Assembly (NCBI GenBank): GCA_033852135.1
Contig: JAWSVB010000010.1
Span: forward strand, 152,716-216,715
DNA: 64,000 bases
Source: Gammaproteobacteria bacterium
Lineage (GTDB): Bacteria; Pseudomonadota; Gammaproteobacteria; QZLD01
Direction: 5' to 3'
Every line of letters begins with the position of its first letter. Position 1 is the stretch's first letter. The notes under the pieces were generated by a model, which worked only from the letters and a program-made list of their open reading frames with translations, was not told where the DNA came from and searched no databases. The position numbers were made by a program, and so were the translations under genes. This document shows, piece by piece, positions 38,288-47,312 of the stretch.

Positions 38288-39412
38288 ATGACAGATAAGA
38301 AGATATTAGTGGTAGACGACGAGCAAACCAATGTCACCATAATGCATGAGTTGTTAGATGATGAATATGTAGTTAAAAGCGTTGTAAGTGGCAATGCTGC
38401 AATCGATATCTTCAATGAATACCACCCAGATATTGTATTACTTGATATAGCCATGCCAGAGATGGATGGGTATGAGGTTTGTGAATGGATAAGGGGAAAA
38501 TCCAATCATATTCATGTGCCAATTATTTTTGTATCTGCCAAGGACTCACTAGAAGAGAAATTAAAAGGTTATCAAATAGGTGGTGATGATTATGTAACAA
38601 AGCCATTTGAGGGGGTTGAATTACTAGCTAAGATTAAAGTTGCTTTTGAAAAAGCAGTGATGATTGATGAACTTGAAGAGGGGTATTCAAACGCCTGTAG
38701 CGCAGCGATGGAAGCTATGACAGGTGTTGGAAACTCAGGAATAATCATCAGGTTTTTGGATAACTGCATCGATTGTGAAGAATTTGCCGACATTGCAAAA
38801 GAGCTATTTAAGGCTACTGATGAATTTGGGCTTCACTGCGCTTTGCAGATAAGAAGCAGGAATGAAGAGTTTAACTTTAGTAGTGTTGGTGAAAGCAAGC
38901 CTCTTGAAGAGGAATTGATGCGCAGGGTGCACACAAAAGGGAGGTTTTTTGATTCGGGGCAAAGAACATTCACTAACTTTGAAAATATAACTTTATTAGT
39001 GAAAAATATGCCAATAGATGATCAAACATCACATGGCCGTATTAAAGATAACCTGCCCCATCTATTAAAAGGGGCTGATGCAAGAATAAGAGCTATAGAG
39101 AGCGAAAAATCGCGTAAACAAAAGAGAATAGCTATTAAAAAAGCGATTGAGGATACAAGGGGATCATTGCAGCAGGCCCAGTCGCTTTTTAATGAGATCA
39201 AAGAGGGTAACAATAATATAATGGAAGGTTTAATTCGCGAGATGGATGCCGAATTACTATCTTTAGATGTCAGCGTAGATAAAGAACGTTACTTAATGGG
39301 GCTTTTACAGAAAAATAGAGAAGAGATGGAAGAGTCCTATGGTTCCGGTGAGCAACTTGAGCAAATTTTCAAAAACATATTAGAGAAAATGTTTGAAATA
39401 GCTAGTGAATAA
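38288..39412 (+). CDS. response regulator: REC domain plus uncharacterised ~250-aa C-terminal domain
   Basis: REC with D-D-K residues (VVDDEQ ... LLDIAMPEMDG ... K in FVSAKD). I cannot assign the C-terminal half to any family. Confidence 0.75.
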   Translation: MTDKKILVVDDEQTNVTIMHELLDDEYVVKSVVSGNAAIDIFNEYHPDIVLLDIAMPEMDGYEVCEWIRGKSNHIHVPIIFVSAKDSLEEKLKGYQIGGDDYVTKPFEGVELLAKIKVAFEKAVMIDELEEGYSNACSAAMEAMTGVGNSGIIIRFLDNCIDCEEFADIAKELFKATDEFGLHCALQIRSRNEEFNFSSVGESKPLEEELMRRVHTKGRFFDSGQRTFTNFENITLLVKNMPIDDQTSHGRIKDNLPHLLKGADARIRAIESEKSRKQKRIAIKKAIEDTRGSLQQAQSLFNEIKEGNNNIMEGLIREMDAELLSLDVSVDKERYLMGLLQKNREEMEESYGSGEQLEQIFKNILEKMFEIASE

Positions 39413-39733
39413 ATATGGTGTCTGAAATATGTGCTCTAGTTCACTTCAGGTTTGCAGTATGCGTCAACGACTAGGGATAAAAATAAAGAGACAATTGATT
39501 TCGGAAAGTGAGTATTTCCTCCTGATATACGTAATTTATAACCAGCAACCCCCAGTTGCTGGTTTTTTTTGTATATAAAATATGAAACATTTTTTTGAAA
39601 AGACTGGTCAGTCTGAGTAAGAGTTCATAAAACAGATATTACTCGCCTTCATAACAGGAAAAAAAAACAATATCGCCTATTATATTAATGAAGGGGCAGT
39701 ATTGGGGAAGTATAAATAATAAGAGGGTAAAAA

Positions 39734-40111
39734 ATGCAAGGTAGATCGCTGGAAACAGTATTAGATAGTGAAGCTTTAGATACAATAAAATCTCTGGAAC
39801 AACCAGGCACTCCAAGTTTATTAAAAAGGGTAATCGATACTTATATTGATACATCCTCTCCATTAGTTGAAGTGATATCACAATCTTCTGCAGAAAAGAG
39901 TGCAGAGGATCTATTACAAGCATCCCACTCATTAAAATCTAGTAGTGCAAATGTTGGCGCAAAGAGACTTGCAGGTTTGTGCGCAGAATTAGAAAAATTT
40001 GCTCGTGATGACCAAATGACAGAGCTTGGTGATCGACCAGAGTTGGTAGCAAAAGAGTATAAAATTGTATTAGAAGCTCTTAACGTAGAATTAAGTAATA
40101 TTCAGGAATAA
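39734..40111 (+). CDS. stand-alone Hpt (histidine phosphotransfer) domain protein
   Basis: 125 aa. The Hpt motif HSLKSSSANVGAKRLAGLCAELE carries the phosphorylatable His. Confidence 0.75.
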   Translation: MQGRSLETVLDSEALDTIKSLEQPGTPSLLKRVIDTYIDTSSPLVEVISQSSAEKSAEDLLQASHSLKSSSANVGAKRLAGLCAELEKFARDDQMTELGDRPELVAKEYKIVLEALNVELSNIQE

Positions 40112-40116
40112 AAATA

Positions 40117-42204
40117 ATGATAAATGGTGCAAAAATATTATTTGCTGATGATGATGTTGGAATGCGCCTTTTGATAAGGGAATCATTAGAACGGTCAGGG
40201 TTTCATGTTTTAGAGGCAGAAAATGGGGAGCAGCTTCTAGATCTATTTGAAATAGAAACTCCAGACTTGATTATGCTTGATGTGATGATGCCAGATATAG
40301 ATGGCTTCACCCTATGTAAACAGATTCGTGAAAGCGATAATGGGAAGAATGTTCCAATTCTTCTAGTTACAGGTTGCGACGACCTTGACTCTATAGACGA
40401 GGCATACAAGGTAGGGGCAACTGATTTTATATCAAAGCCGGTGAACTGGGGGTTATTAGGTTATCGGGTTAAATATTTAGTTAGAGCAAGTGGTTTGCAA
40501 AGAGAGTTAATTGTAAACCAGGAGAAGCTTGAGTATGCGCAAACAATTGCAAAAGTGGGAAGCTGGGAGCTAGAAAAAGGTGTTCTGGATTGCTCCAAAG
40601 AGACCTTAAGGATTTTTGAGATTGATGAGGGTGAAAAGCTTTCTAAGTTGCAACATTTATCAAATAGAATTCATGAAGAAGATCGTGAACAGGTGCTTGA
40701 ATCAATAAATGATTGCCTTGATAGAGGTGATACTGTTGATATTCAGTTTAGATTGGATGCAGATGATGAGGATATGAAATATGTCTCTTGTCATGGTGAG
40801 CCAAAGAAGGGAGCCGCAGATAATACAATAGGTATTGCCGGAGTCTTCCAGGATATTACCGAGCAAAAGAAACAAGAAGAAAAAATTGTATTTTTAGCAT
40901 TTCACGATGTATTAACTGGTCTGGCAAACTCACGTTTATTTAAAGAGAGATTGCAGGGCGCAATGACACTAGCTGAGCGCCACAAGTTAAATGTAGCGGT
41001 GTTATCGGTTAACGTTGATAGATTTAAAAGAATAAACGACACACTTGGAAACAAGGTGGGTGATAAACTTCTAAAAATAGTTGCTGGCAGAATTGATGAT
41101 GCAGTAAGAGGGTCTGATTTTGTAGCCAGAAACTCAGTAAGTGATGACTCATCAGTATCAAGGTTATCTGGTGATGACTTTACAATAATGCTATCCCAAG
41201 TACCAAACAGCGATATCGCAGGTAAAGTAGCAACAAGAATTACCGAAAAGCTAGCAGAACAATGCATAATTGATGGTCATGAGATCTATATAACAGGAAG
41301 TGCAGGAATCTCAATATTCCCAGACGATGGTTTAGATGTTGATCAACTAGTTAGAAATTCAAGCAGTGCACTTCAGCATGCGAAGCAACAAGGTGGGAAC
41401 CGTTTTTGCTATTTTGAGCAAAAAATGAATTCATCATCAATAGAAAAACTCCACATAGAAAATGATCTGCGTAAAGCGCTGGGTAAAAATGAATTTGTCC
41501 TTTTCTATCAGCCACAAGTTGATGGACATACAGGCGAAATTATCGGAGCAGAGGCGCTAATAAGATGGGTTAATGATGAGCGCGGAATGGTAGCACCATT
41601 TCATTTTATTCCAGTCCTTGAAGAAACTGGAATGATAATAGATGTTGGAGAGTGGGTGATAAGAACAACCTGCGAGCAGCAACAAAAGTGGGTGCAACAA
41701 GGTAAAAAACTGATTGATCTATCGGTTAATCTATCTGCAATACAGTTTTCTCAAGATGATTTTGTAAGTAGAGTTAAAACTATAATTGAAGAGACGAAAG
41801 CAGATCCTAAAAAAATAGTATTAGAGATAACTGAAAGCCTACTTCTTGATAATGACAGTGGAGTTGTTGAAAAGCTTGAACAGTTTAGAGATATGGGATT
41901 CTGTATATCTATTGATGATTTTGGAACAGGGTATTCATCTCTTAGTTATCTACGTAAACTCCCAATTAATGAGTTAAAAATTGACCGTTCATTCGTGAAA
42001 GATATATCTACAGAGCTTGATGATGGAACCATTGCTAAAACCATTATCGCGTTGGCCAGAAGCCTTAAGCTTGAAGTGATAGCAGAAGGAGTTGAGGTCG
42101 AATCACAGCTTGATTTCTTATTGGGTCAAGGGTGCAATAGAATTCAAGGGTTTTACTTTGGTAAACCAGTACCAGCCGAGGACCTATTGTTGCCAGATGC
42201 GTAA
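40117..42204 (+). CDS. response regulator REC-PAS-GGDEF(degenerate)-EAL; predicted c-di-GMP phosphodiesterase
   Basis: REC (LFADDD...LDVMMPDIDG). The GGDEF domain has a degenerate signature (LSGDDF instead of GGDEF). The EAL motif is intact (GAEALIRW) with downstream conserved DDFGTGYSS and KIDRSF. Confidence 0.85.
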   Translation: MINGAKILFADDDVGMRLLIRESLERSGFHVLEAENGEQLLDLFEIETPDLIMLDVMMPDIDGFTLCKQIRESDNGKNVPILLVTGCDDLDSIDEAYKVGATDFISKPVNWGLLGYRVKYLVRASGLQRELIVNQEKLEYAQTIAKVGSWELEKGVLDCSKETLRIFEIDEGEKLSKLQHLSNRIHEEDREQVLESINDCLDRGDTVDIQFRLDADDEDMKYVSCHGEPKKGAADNTIGIAGVFQDITEQKKQEEKIVFLAFHDVLTGLANSRLFKERLQGAMTLAERHKLNVAVLSVNVDRFKRINDTLGNKVGDKLLKIVAGRIDDAVRGSDFVARNSVSDDSSVSRLSGDDFTIMLSQVPNSDIAGKVATRITEKLAEQCIIDGHEIYITGSAGISIFPDDGLDVDQLVRNSSSALQHAKQQGGNRFCYFEQKMNSSSIEKLHIENDLRKALGKNEFVLFYQPQVDGHTGEIIGAEALIRWVNDERGMVAPFHFIPVLEETGMIIDVGEWVIRTTCEQQQKWVQQGKKLIDLSVNLSAIQFSQDDFVSRVKTIIEETKADPKKIVLEITESLLLDNDSGVVEKLEQFRDMGFCISIDDFGTGYSSLSYLRKLPINELKIDRSFVKDISTELDDGTIAKTIIALARSLKLEVIAEGVEVESQLDFLLGQGCNRIQGFYFGKPVPAEDLLLPDA

Positions 42205-42354
42205 TACAGCGTAAGATAATAATTGGTTGTGGTCAGGTAGCGAAAAAAACTGCATAGATATAAAAATTAGCAAAAGAAAATTGGCAAACAGCCGATATAT
42301 AGATAATGCAGATTGTAGTTAGTAATTAATAGTTAGAAAAACCAGGAAGAATAG

Positions 42355-43125
42355 ATGGATTTAGCAACGCTGATAGGATTGATAGGAGCAACAGGTATTG
42401 TACTGTCGTCTATTATCCTTGGTGGAAGTATTGGCGTATTTATCAATATCCCTTCAATATTAGTTGTTGCTGGTGGTACAGCTTTTGCGGTAATGGCTAA
42501 ATATACAATGGGGCAGTTTGTTGGTGCTTTTAAAACTGCAATGCGAGCAATTAAATTTAAAAGTGATGACCCAGTAGAGCTAATTAAATCTTTAGTAGAA
42601 CTAGCAAATCTGGCTAGAAAAGAGGGGTTATTAGCTCTTGAAGGTTTTGAGTCAGAAAACGAATATATGAAAAAAGGTATTCAGTTGGTTGCGGATGGTC
42701 ATGAACCAGATTTCGTACAAAAAGTTCTCAGCCAAGATAGCAATATTATCTACGCACAAAATTTCACCGGTGCGGATGTCTTTAAAGATATTGGTGATGT
42801 AGCTCCGGCGATGGGTATGATTGGAACTCTTATCGGTCTGGTACAGATGTTATCAAACATGGATGACCCAAAGGCTATTGGTCCTGCTATGGCTGTTGCA
42901 CTACTAACAACTCTTTACGGAGCATTTATTGCTAACGTGCTGTCACTTCCAATTGCAAAAAAACTTGATATTAGAAATGACGAAGAGAAGATCAATAGAA
43001 CATTGATACTTCAGGGACTTATTTCTATTCAAGAAGGTCTAAATCCTAGAGTTATTGAAGAACTGCTTAAAACCTACCTTCCAGCAAAGTTAAAAGCTGA
43101 ATTCTCAGAGGAAGGCGGTGAATAA
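42355..43125 (+). CDS. motA: flagellar motor stator protein MotA/PomA
   Basis: 256 aa with four TM helices and the conserved plug/loop region (PAMGMIGTLIGLVQM). Confidence 0.85.
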   Translation: MDLATLIGLIGATGIVLSSIILGGSIGVFINIPSILVVAGGTAFAVMAKYTMGQFVGAFKTAMRAIKFKSDDPVELIKSLVELANLARKEGLLALEGFESENEYMKKGIQLVADGHEPDFVQKVLSQDSNIIYAQNFTGADVFKDIGDVAPAMGMIGTLIGLVQMLSNMDDPKAIGPAMAVALLTTLYGAFIANVLSLPIAKKLDIRNDEEKINRTLILQGLISIQEGLNPRVIEELLKTYLPAKLKAEFSEEGGE

Positions 43126-43160
43126 GATACAGTTGCCGAATAAGAATATAGGTAAAGCCG

Positions 43161-44141
43161 ATGGATGAAGAAGAAAGCGGAGGCGGTGACGGCGGAGGAG
43201 GCTCCCCGGCCTGGATGGCGACATTCGCCGATCTAATGTCACTTTTGATGTGCTTTTTCGTACTGCTTCTTGCGTTCTCTGAGATGGATCTGCAAAAATA
43301 TAAACAGGTTGCAGGTTCCATGCGTGAGGCCTTCGGTGTGCAAAGGGAAGTATTTGCCAAAGAATCCCCAATGGGAACAAGTTTTGTAGCCCGTGAATTT
43401 TCTCCAGGAAAACCAAGTAGCTCCCCACTAACTATCGCCACTCAGGCAACTGCACCAACCATGCAGCGTTGGCTTGATGTAGAGAAGGAAGGTAATCCTC
43501 AGGGTGATACTGGCGCAGGGCAGGGTGAAAGCGCTGCATTAGGTAAGAAAACTGATGATGCTAAAAAGGCTGGAACAGTTGGAACAGCGATGTCAGAAGG
43601 GTTGGAAGGGACAACTGCCAAGCAGAAGTATATTGCCGAATTAATCGAACAATCAGCTGAAGAATCAGCTCAACTTGATGCTGAGATGATTCAAGAAGAG
43701 ATGGAAGATGAGATGGACCAAGGTCTTATCGACATAATTCGTGAAGGCCGGAAAATAATTATAAGAATCCAAGAGAAAGGCTCGTTTGCTCAAGGAACAG
43801 ATAAAATTCAAGAACCATTTGGATTTGTGCTAACTAAAGTTGCGCGGGTATTAGAGACCGTGGAAGGAAGAATAGTAGTAGCAGGGCATACCGATAATAT
43901 ACCAGTCAGGGGAAACAGATATCGATCCAACTGGGATTTATCCTCAGCACGTGCAGTTTCAGTAGCGCATAAGCTCCTGCAAGAGGGGGTGATAGAAGAG
44001 AAAAGGATGACAGTTCAAGGGATGGCTGGGAACGATCCTTTAGCAAATAATGAATCGATCGAGGGAAGAGCACTTAATCGCAGGGTAGAGATAACAGTAA
44101 TCAAGGGACGAGATATCGAACTTGATGATGACCAGTTTTAG
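43161..44141 (+). CDS. motB: flagellar motor stator protein MotB/PomB (OmpA-like C-term)
   Basis: A single TM helix with the conserved Asp (FADLMSLLMCFFVLL) and an OmpA/peptidoglycan-binding domain (GHTDNIPV...NRRVEI). Confidence 0.85.
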   Translation: MDEEESGGGDGGGGSPAWMATFADLMSLLMCFFVLLLAFSEMDLQKYKQVAGSMREAFGVQREVFAKESPMGTSFVAREFSPGKPSSSPLTIATQATAPTMQRWLDVEKEGNPQGDTGAGQGESAALGKKTDDAKKAGTVGTAMSEGLEGTTAKQKYIAELIEQSAEESAQLDAEMIQEEMEDEMDQGLIDIIREGRKIIIRIQEKGSFAQGTDKIQEPFGFVLTKVARVLETVEGRIVVAGHTDNIPVRGNRYRSNWDLSSARAVSVAHKLLQEGVIEEKRMTVQGMAGNDPLANNESIEGRALNRRVEITVIKGRDIELDDDQF

Positions 44142-44319
44142 CTCGTATTTAATAAGACCATTAATTGCATTAAAGCAAGCTAATCTCAATCTTTTACAAG
44201 AGCCTGTGGGTGATTTTGCAAAAAGATAGTTTATACTGAAAATACCAGTGTGCGTAGGTTGATTTTAGCTTATTATTAGCTAACAATAATATATATGATA
44301 GATTCCGCCAAGGAGATGG

Positions 44320-44946
44320 TTGATGGGTAAGTTTGATGATACCCCACTTGAAGATCACATGAGTGATGAGAGACGAAAGTACTTTCGTATAGATGATCAT
44401 GTGATGTTGAAATATAGATTAGTACCAGAGGAAGAGGTGCAATTTACCCTTGATCGTTTGCGTACACCATTACCAAATGCCTTCTCATTATCATCTGACT
44501 TTGCTGAACTAAAACAAGAGATGGTTGTTTTAAAACGCTCTGTTGAACGGACCTCGCCTCAGGTCGCGCAATATCTTGCATTAATAGATAAAAAAATGGA
44601 TATGGTTGCCAAAGTACTACTAATTCAAAACATGGGGTCTGATGAACATTTATGGCGCAAAGTGAATCTAGGTGCAGGCGGAATGTCGTTTGATTCACAT
44701 GTAGAGATATCTGAAGGTGCAGTACTAGAGATTAAGCTTGGACTCTTGCCATCACATGCAGGGCTAAGAACGCTAGGCAAAGTGATTCGGTGTAGCAAAA
44801 GAGACGAAAATAAAACAGGTTACGAAGTTGCAGTATGCTTTATTCATGTGCGTGATTCAGACCGAGAACTATTGGTCCAGCACGTATTGTGGAGACAGGC
44901 CCAGACTTTGCGTGAGCAAAGAGAAGGCAAAACAGTACTAAATTAA
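44320..44946 (+). CDS. PilZ domain protein
   Basis: c-di-GMP binding motifs RRKYFRI and NLGAGGMSF (D/NxSxxG). 208 aa. Confidence 0.75.
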   Translation: MMGKFDDTPLEDHMSDERRKYFRIDDHVMLKYRLVPEEEVQFTLDRLRTPLPNAFSLSSDFAELKQEMVVLKRSVERTSPQVAQYLALIDKKMDMVAKVLLIQNMGSDEHLWRKVNLGAGGMSFDSHVEISEGAVLEIKLGLLPSHAGLRTLGKVIRCSKRDENKTGYEVAVCFIHVRDSDRELLVQHVLWRQAQTLREQREGKTVLN

Positions 44947-44980
44947 TAATTTTCTTAACAAAAACTTATGCGGAGTTGTA

Positions 44981-45286
44981 ATGGCTATAAACGACAAAGG
45001 ATATAATGAAAAACGTGATTTTTTCAGGATGATGGTAGAAGCCAAAATTAAATATACCATTCCAGGTTCAAGTGAAAAATACGATGGTGAGACAGAAGAT
45101 CTAAGTGCCACAGGAATCATGTTTAATACTGCTCATAACCTAAAAGTTGGGCAGCAGATTGAAATTGAGGTACTGCCTAATGCAAGTCAATTGCATCCAC
45201 TGAAAGCAACCGTTGATATTATTCGTGTCGATGTGAATAAAGATGGTAAATTTGTTGTTGCTGGGAATATGAACAACGTAAAGTAG
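44981..45286 (+). CDS. PilZ domain protein (single domain)
   Basis: Motifs KRDFFRM and DLSATGIMF. 101 aa. Confidence 0.7.
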   Translation: MAINDKGYNEKRDFFRMMVEAKIKYTIPGSSEKYDGETEDLSATGIMFNTAHNLKVGQQIEIEVLPNASQLHPLKATVDIIRVDVNKDGKFVVAGNMNNVK

Positions 45287-45418
45287 CTGACTTTTCAGCT
45301 TATTATCAATATAAGTGGGTGCTATAAGGGCCATAAGGCCTTAAAAGGCGTTAGCAATATATCTAACAGCCATAGTTTTTTTGCTCATTATGTTATTGCC
45401 AAATATTAAGTACTCTAA

Positions 45419-45982
45419 ATGAAAAAAATCCTCCTACTTTTTATTCTTTTATCAACATTTGCACAGGCAGAGATACCTCGCGTTAGGCCTGCGAAATGGG
45501 CACAGCCAATAATCGCAACAGATCTAGAAAATTGGCACCAAATAGATGACAAAGTATTTAGATCATCGCAGCCAGGTGCAGATGATATGCCGTTATTGCA
45601 ACAATTAAATATCACAGACATATTAAATCTAAGATCCATCCATACAGATAATGATGAGGCAAAAAATACCTCAATCAAGCTGCACCATATAAAAACAAAT
45701 GCAGGAGACATCTCGCCTGATGAGATTGTTCAAGCCTTAAAAATAATCACAACAACTAAAGGGAGGATACTAGTTCACTGCTGGCATGGTTCAGATAGAA
45801 CCGGTGCTGTAATTGCTAGTTATAGAATAGTAGTTCAAGGTTGGAATAAAGAAGAAGCTATAGATGAAATGGTAAATGGTGGCTATGGATTTCATGCGAT
45901 TTTTAGCAATATAGTTCCAACTATAAAAGGTCTAGAAGTAGAAAAAATAAGGAAAGACCTTAATATCAAACGCCATTTTTAA
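45419..45982 (+). CDS. secreted Cys-based protein tyrosine/dual-specificity phosphatase
   Basis: Signal peptide (MKKILLLFILLSTFAQA) and CX5R P-loop HCWHGSDRTG. Confidence 0.8.
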   Translation: MKKILLLFILLSTFAQAEIPRVRPAKWAQPIIATDLENWHQIDDKVFRSSQPGADDMPLLQQLNITDILNLRSIHTDNDEAKNTSIKLHHIKTNAGDISPDEIVQALKIITTTKGRILVHCWHGSDRTGAVIASYRIVVQGWNKEEAIDEMVNGGYGFHAIFSNIVPTIKGLEVEKIRKDLNIKRHF

Positions 45983-46108
45983 TTTAAGTAAATACCGCTC
46001 AATTAATAGTCCACCTATGTTTAATTTAATAAGCACATAATGTAAACAAGAGTAAACTTAGATCATAAAATATGGTTAAAAAAATGCGTATAAATAATGG
46101 GGATGTAG

Positions 46109-46651
46109 ATGCCAATAACACCTTTCCATATTGGGCCAGGAGTTTTAATTAAATCGGTACTGCAGCAAAGATTTAGTTTAACAATGTTCGCTTTTTCGCA
46201 AGGTTTAATAGATATTCAGCCAGTACTAGTTATTTTACTTGGTAAGGGACATCTCCACGGATTTACCCATACATACCTAGGTGCAATAATATTGGCATTG
46301 ATAGCAACAGTTGTTGGCAAGCCAGTCTGCGAATGGTTGTTAAAATCTTGGAATAAGACCCCGGAAATATCCAAAGATAGTACATTTATGGTAAGTACTA
46401 AAATTACATGGAAAACGGCTTTGCTAAGCTCAATTATTGGAACCTACAGCCATATAATTCTTGATAGTTTCATGCATTCAGATATTCAGCCTTTTTATCC
46501 ATTTTCAATAGAAAACTCATTTGTATCACAAATACCGTTAACATCTTTGCATCTATTTTGTATTATCAGTGGGGCTACTGGATTAATCATAATATGTATA
46601 ATAGCCGCTATAAATAAATATAAGAAAGGTGCAAGTGTCCTTGATGACTGA
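46109..46651 (+). CDS. hypothetical integral membrane protein
   Basis: 180 aa with 4-5 predicted TM helices and His-rich loops. Family not recognised. Confidence 0.45.
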   Translation: MPITPFHIGPGVLIKSVLQQRFSLTMFAFSQGLIDIQPVLVILLGKGHLHGFTHTYLGAIILALIATVVGKPVCEWLLKSWNKTPEISKDSTFMVSTKITWKTALLSSIIGTYSHIILDSFMHSDIQPFYPFSIENSFVSQIPLTSLHLFCIISGATGLIIICIIAAINKYKKGASVLDD

Positions 46652-47054
46652 ATTAGATGAATTTGTTTTATTAAGAACCTGTAATAGTAAACAGGAAGCA
46701 AGTCTTATCGAATCAGCTTTAGATGAAGATGGAATCTACCCTCGCTTCGTTCCAAGTAAAACTTACAGTAAGTCTACATGTTGCAAGTGTGGAACACCAA
46801 ATATTGATCTATTAGTACGCTTTACGCAAAAGCAGCGTGCCCTAGAGTTAATAGAAGAGATGGAGAAACAGCTTGAGGAAGCAGCCATCTATTCCAAGCC
46901 TGTTAAAGAAAAAGTAAAACCAAAAAATGACCTACAGCAACAGATAATTTCAGAAGAGAAAGATAAAACTGCTGATGTTATTTTCAATGGTTTAACAGTG
47001 TTTATAAGTGTCATGGTAGTTATCGGCTTTTTAATTTTTATTGTTTCAAACTAA
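46629..47054 (+). CDS. DUF2007-like small protein with C-terminal TM anchor
   Basis: The N-terminal region resembles the putative signal-transducing DUF2007 fold, though this is a weak match. The C-terminal hydrophobic helix is VFISVMVVIGFLIFIV. It overlaps the upstream gene by 23 nt. Confidence 0.4.
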   Translation: MQVSLMTELDEFVLLRTCNSKQEASLIESALDEDGIYPRFVPSKTYSKSTCCKCGTPNIDLLVRFTQKQRALELIEEMEKQLEEAAIYSKPVKEKVKPKNDLQQQIISEEKDKTADVIFNGLTVFISVMVVIGFLIFIVSN

Positions 47055-47312
47055 AAAGCCTCTATTTTCGGCCGTTAGTGATATATCCAATATTGATAAT
47101 CAATTTAATAATAAAAGCGATATTTAGTTTTCTCTTATAATCTTTTTTACTTTAAAACCAGAGTTTTTTATCTAACCCCTAATTTTAGTCATTAAATTGC
47201 CGCTAAATTCACTTCAAAACAAGAATTTGTATTTAAAAGATCTATACTTAAAAATTGAGAATTTATATTTTTTATATAGTTTTGATTTCAGAATAACTGT
47301 GAGATTTTCACC

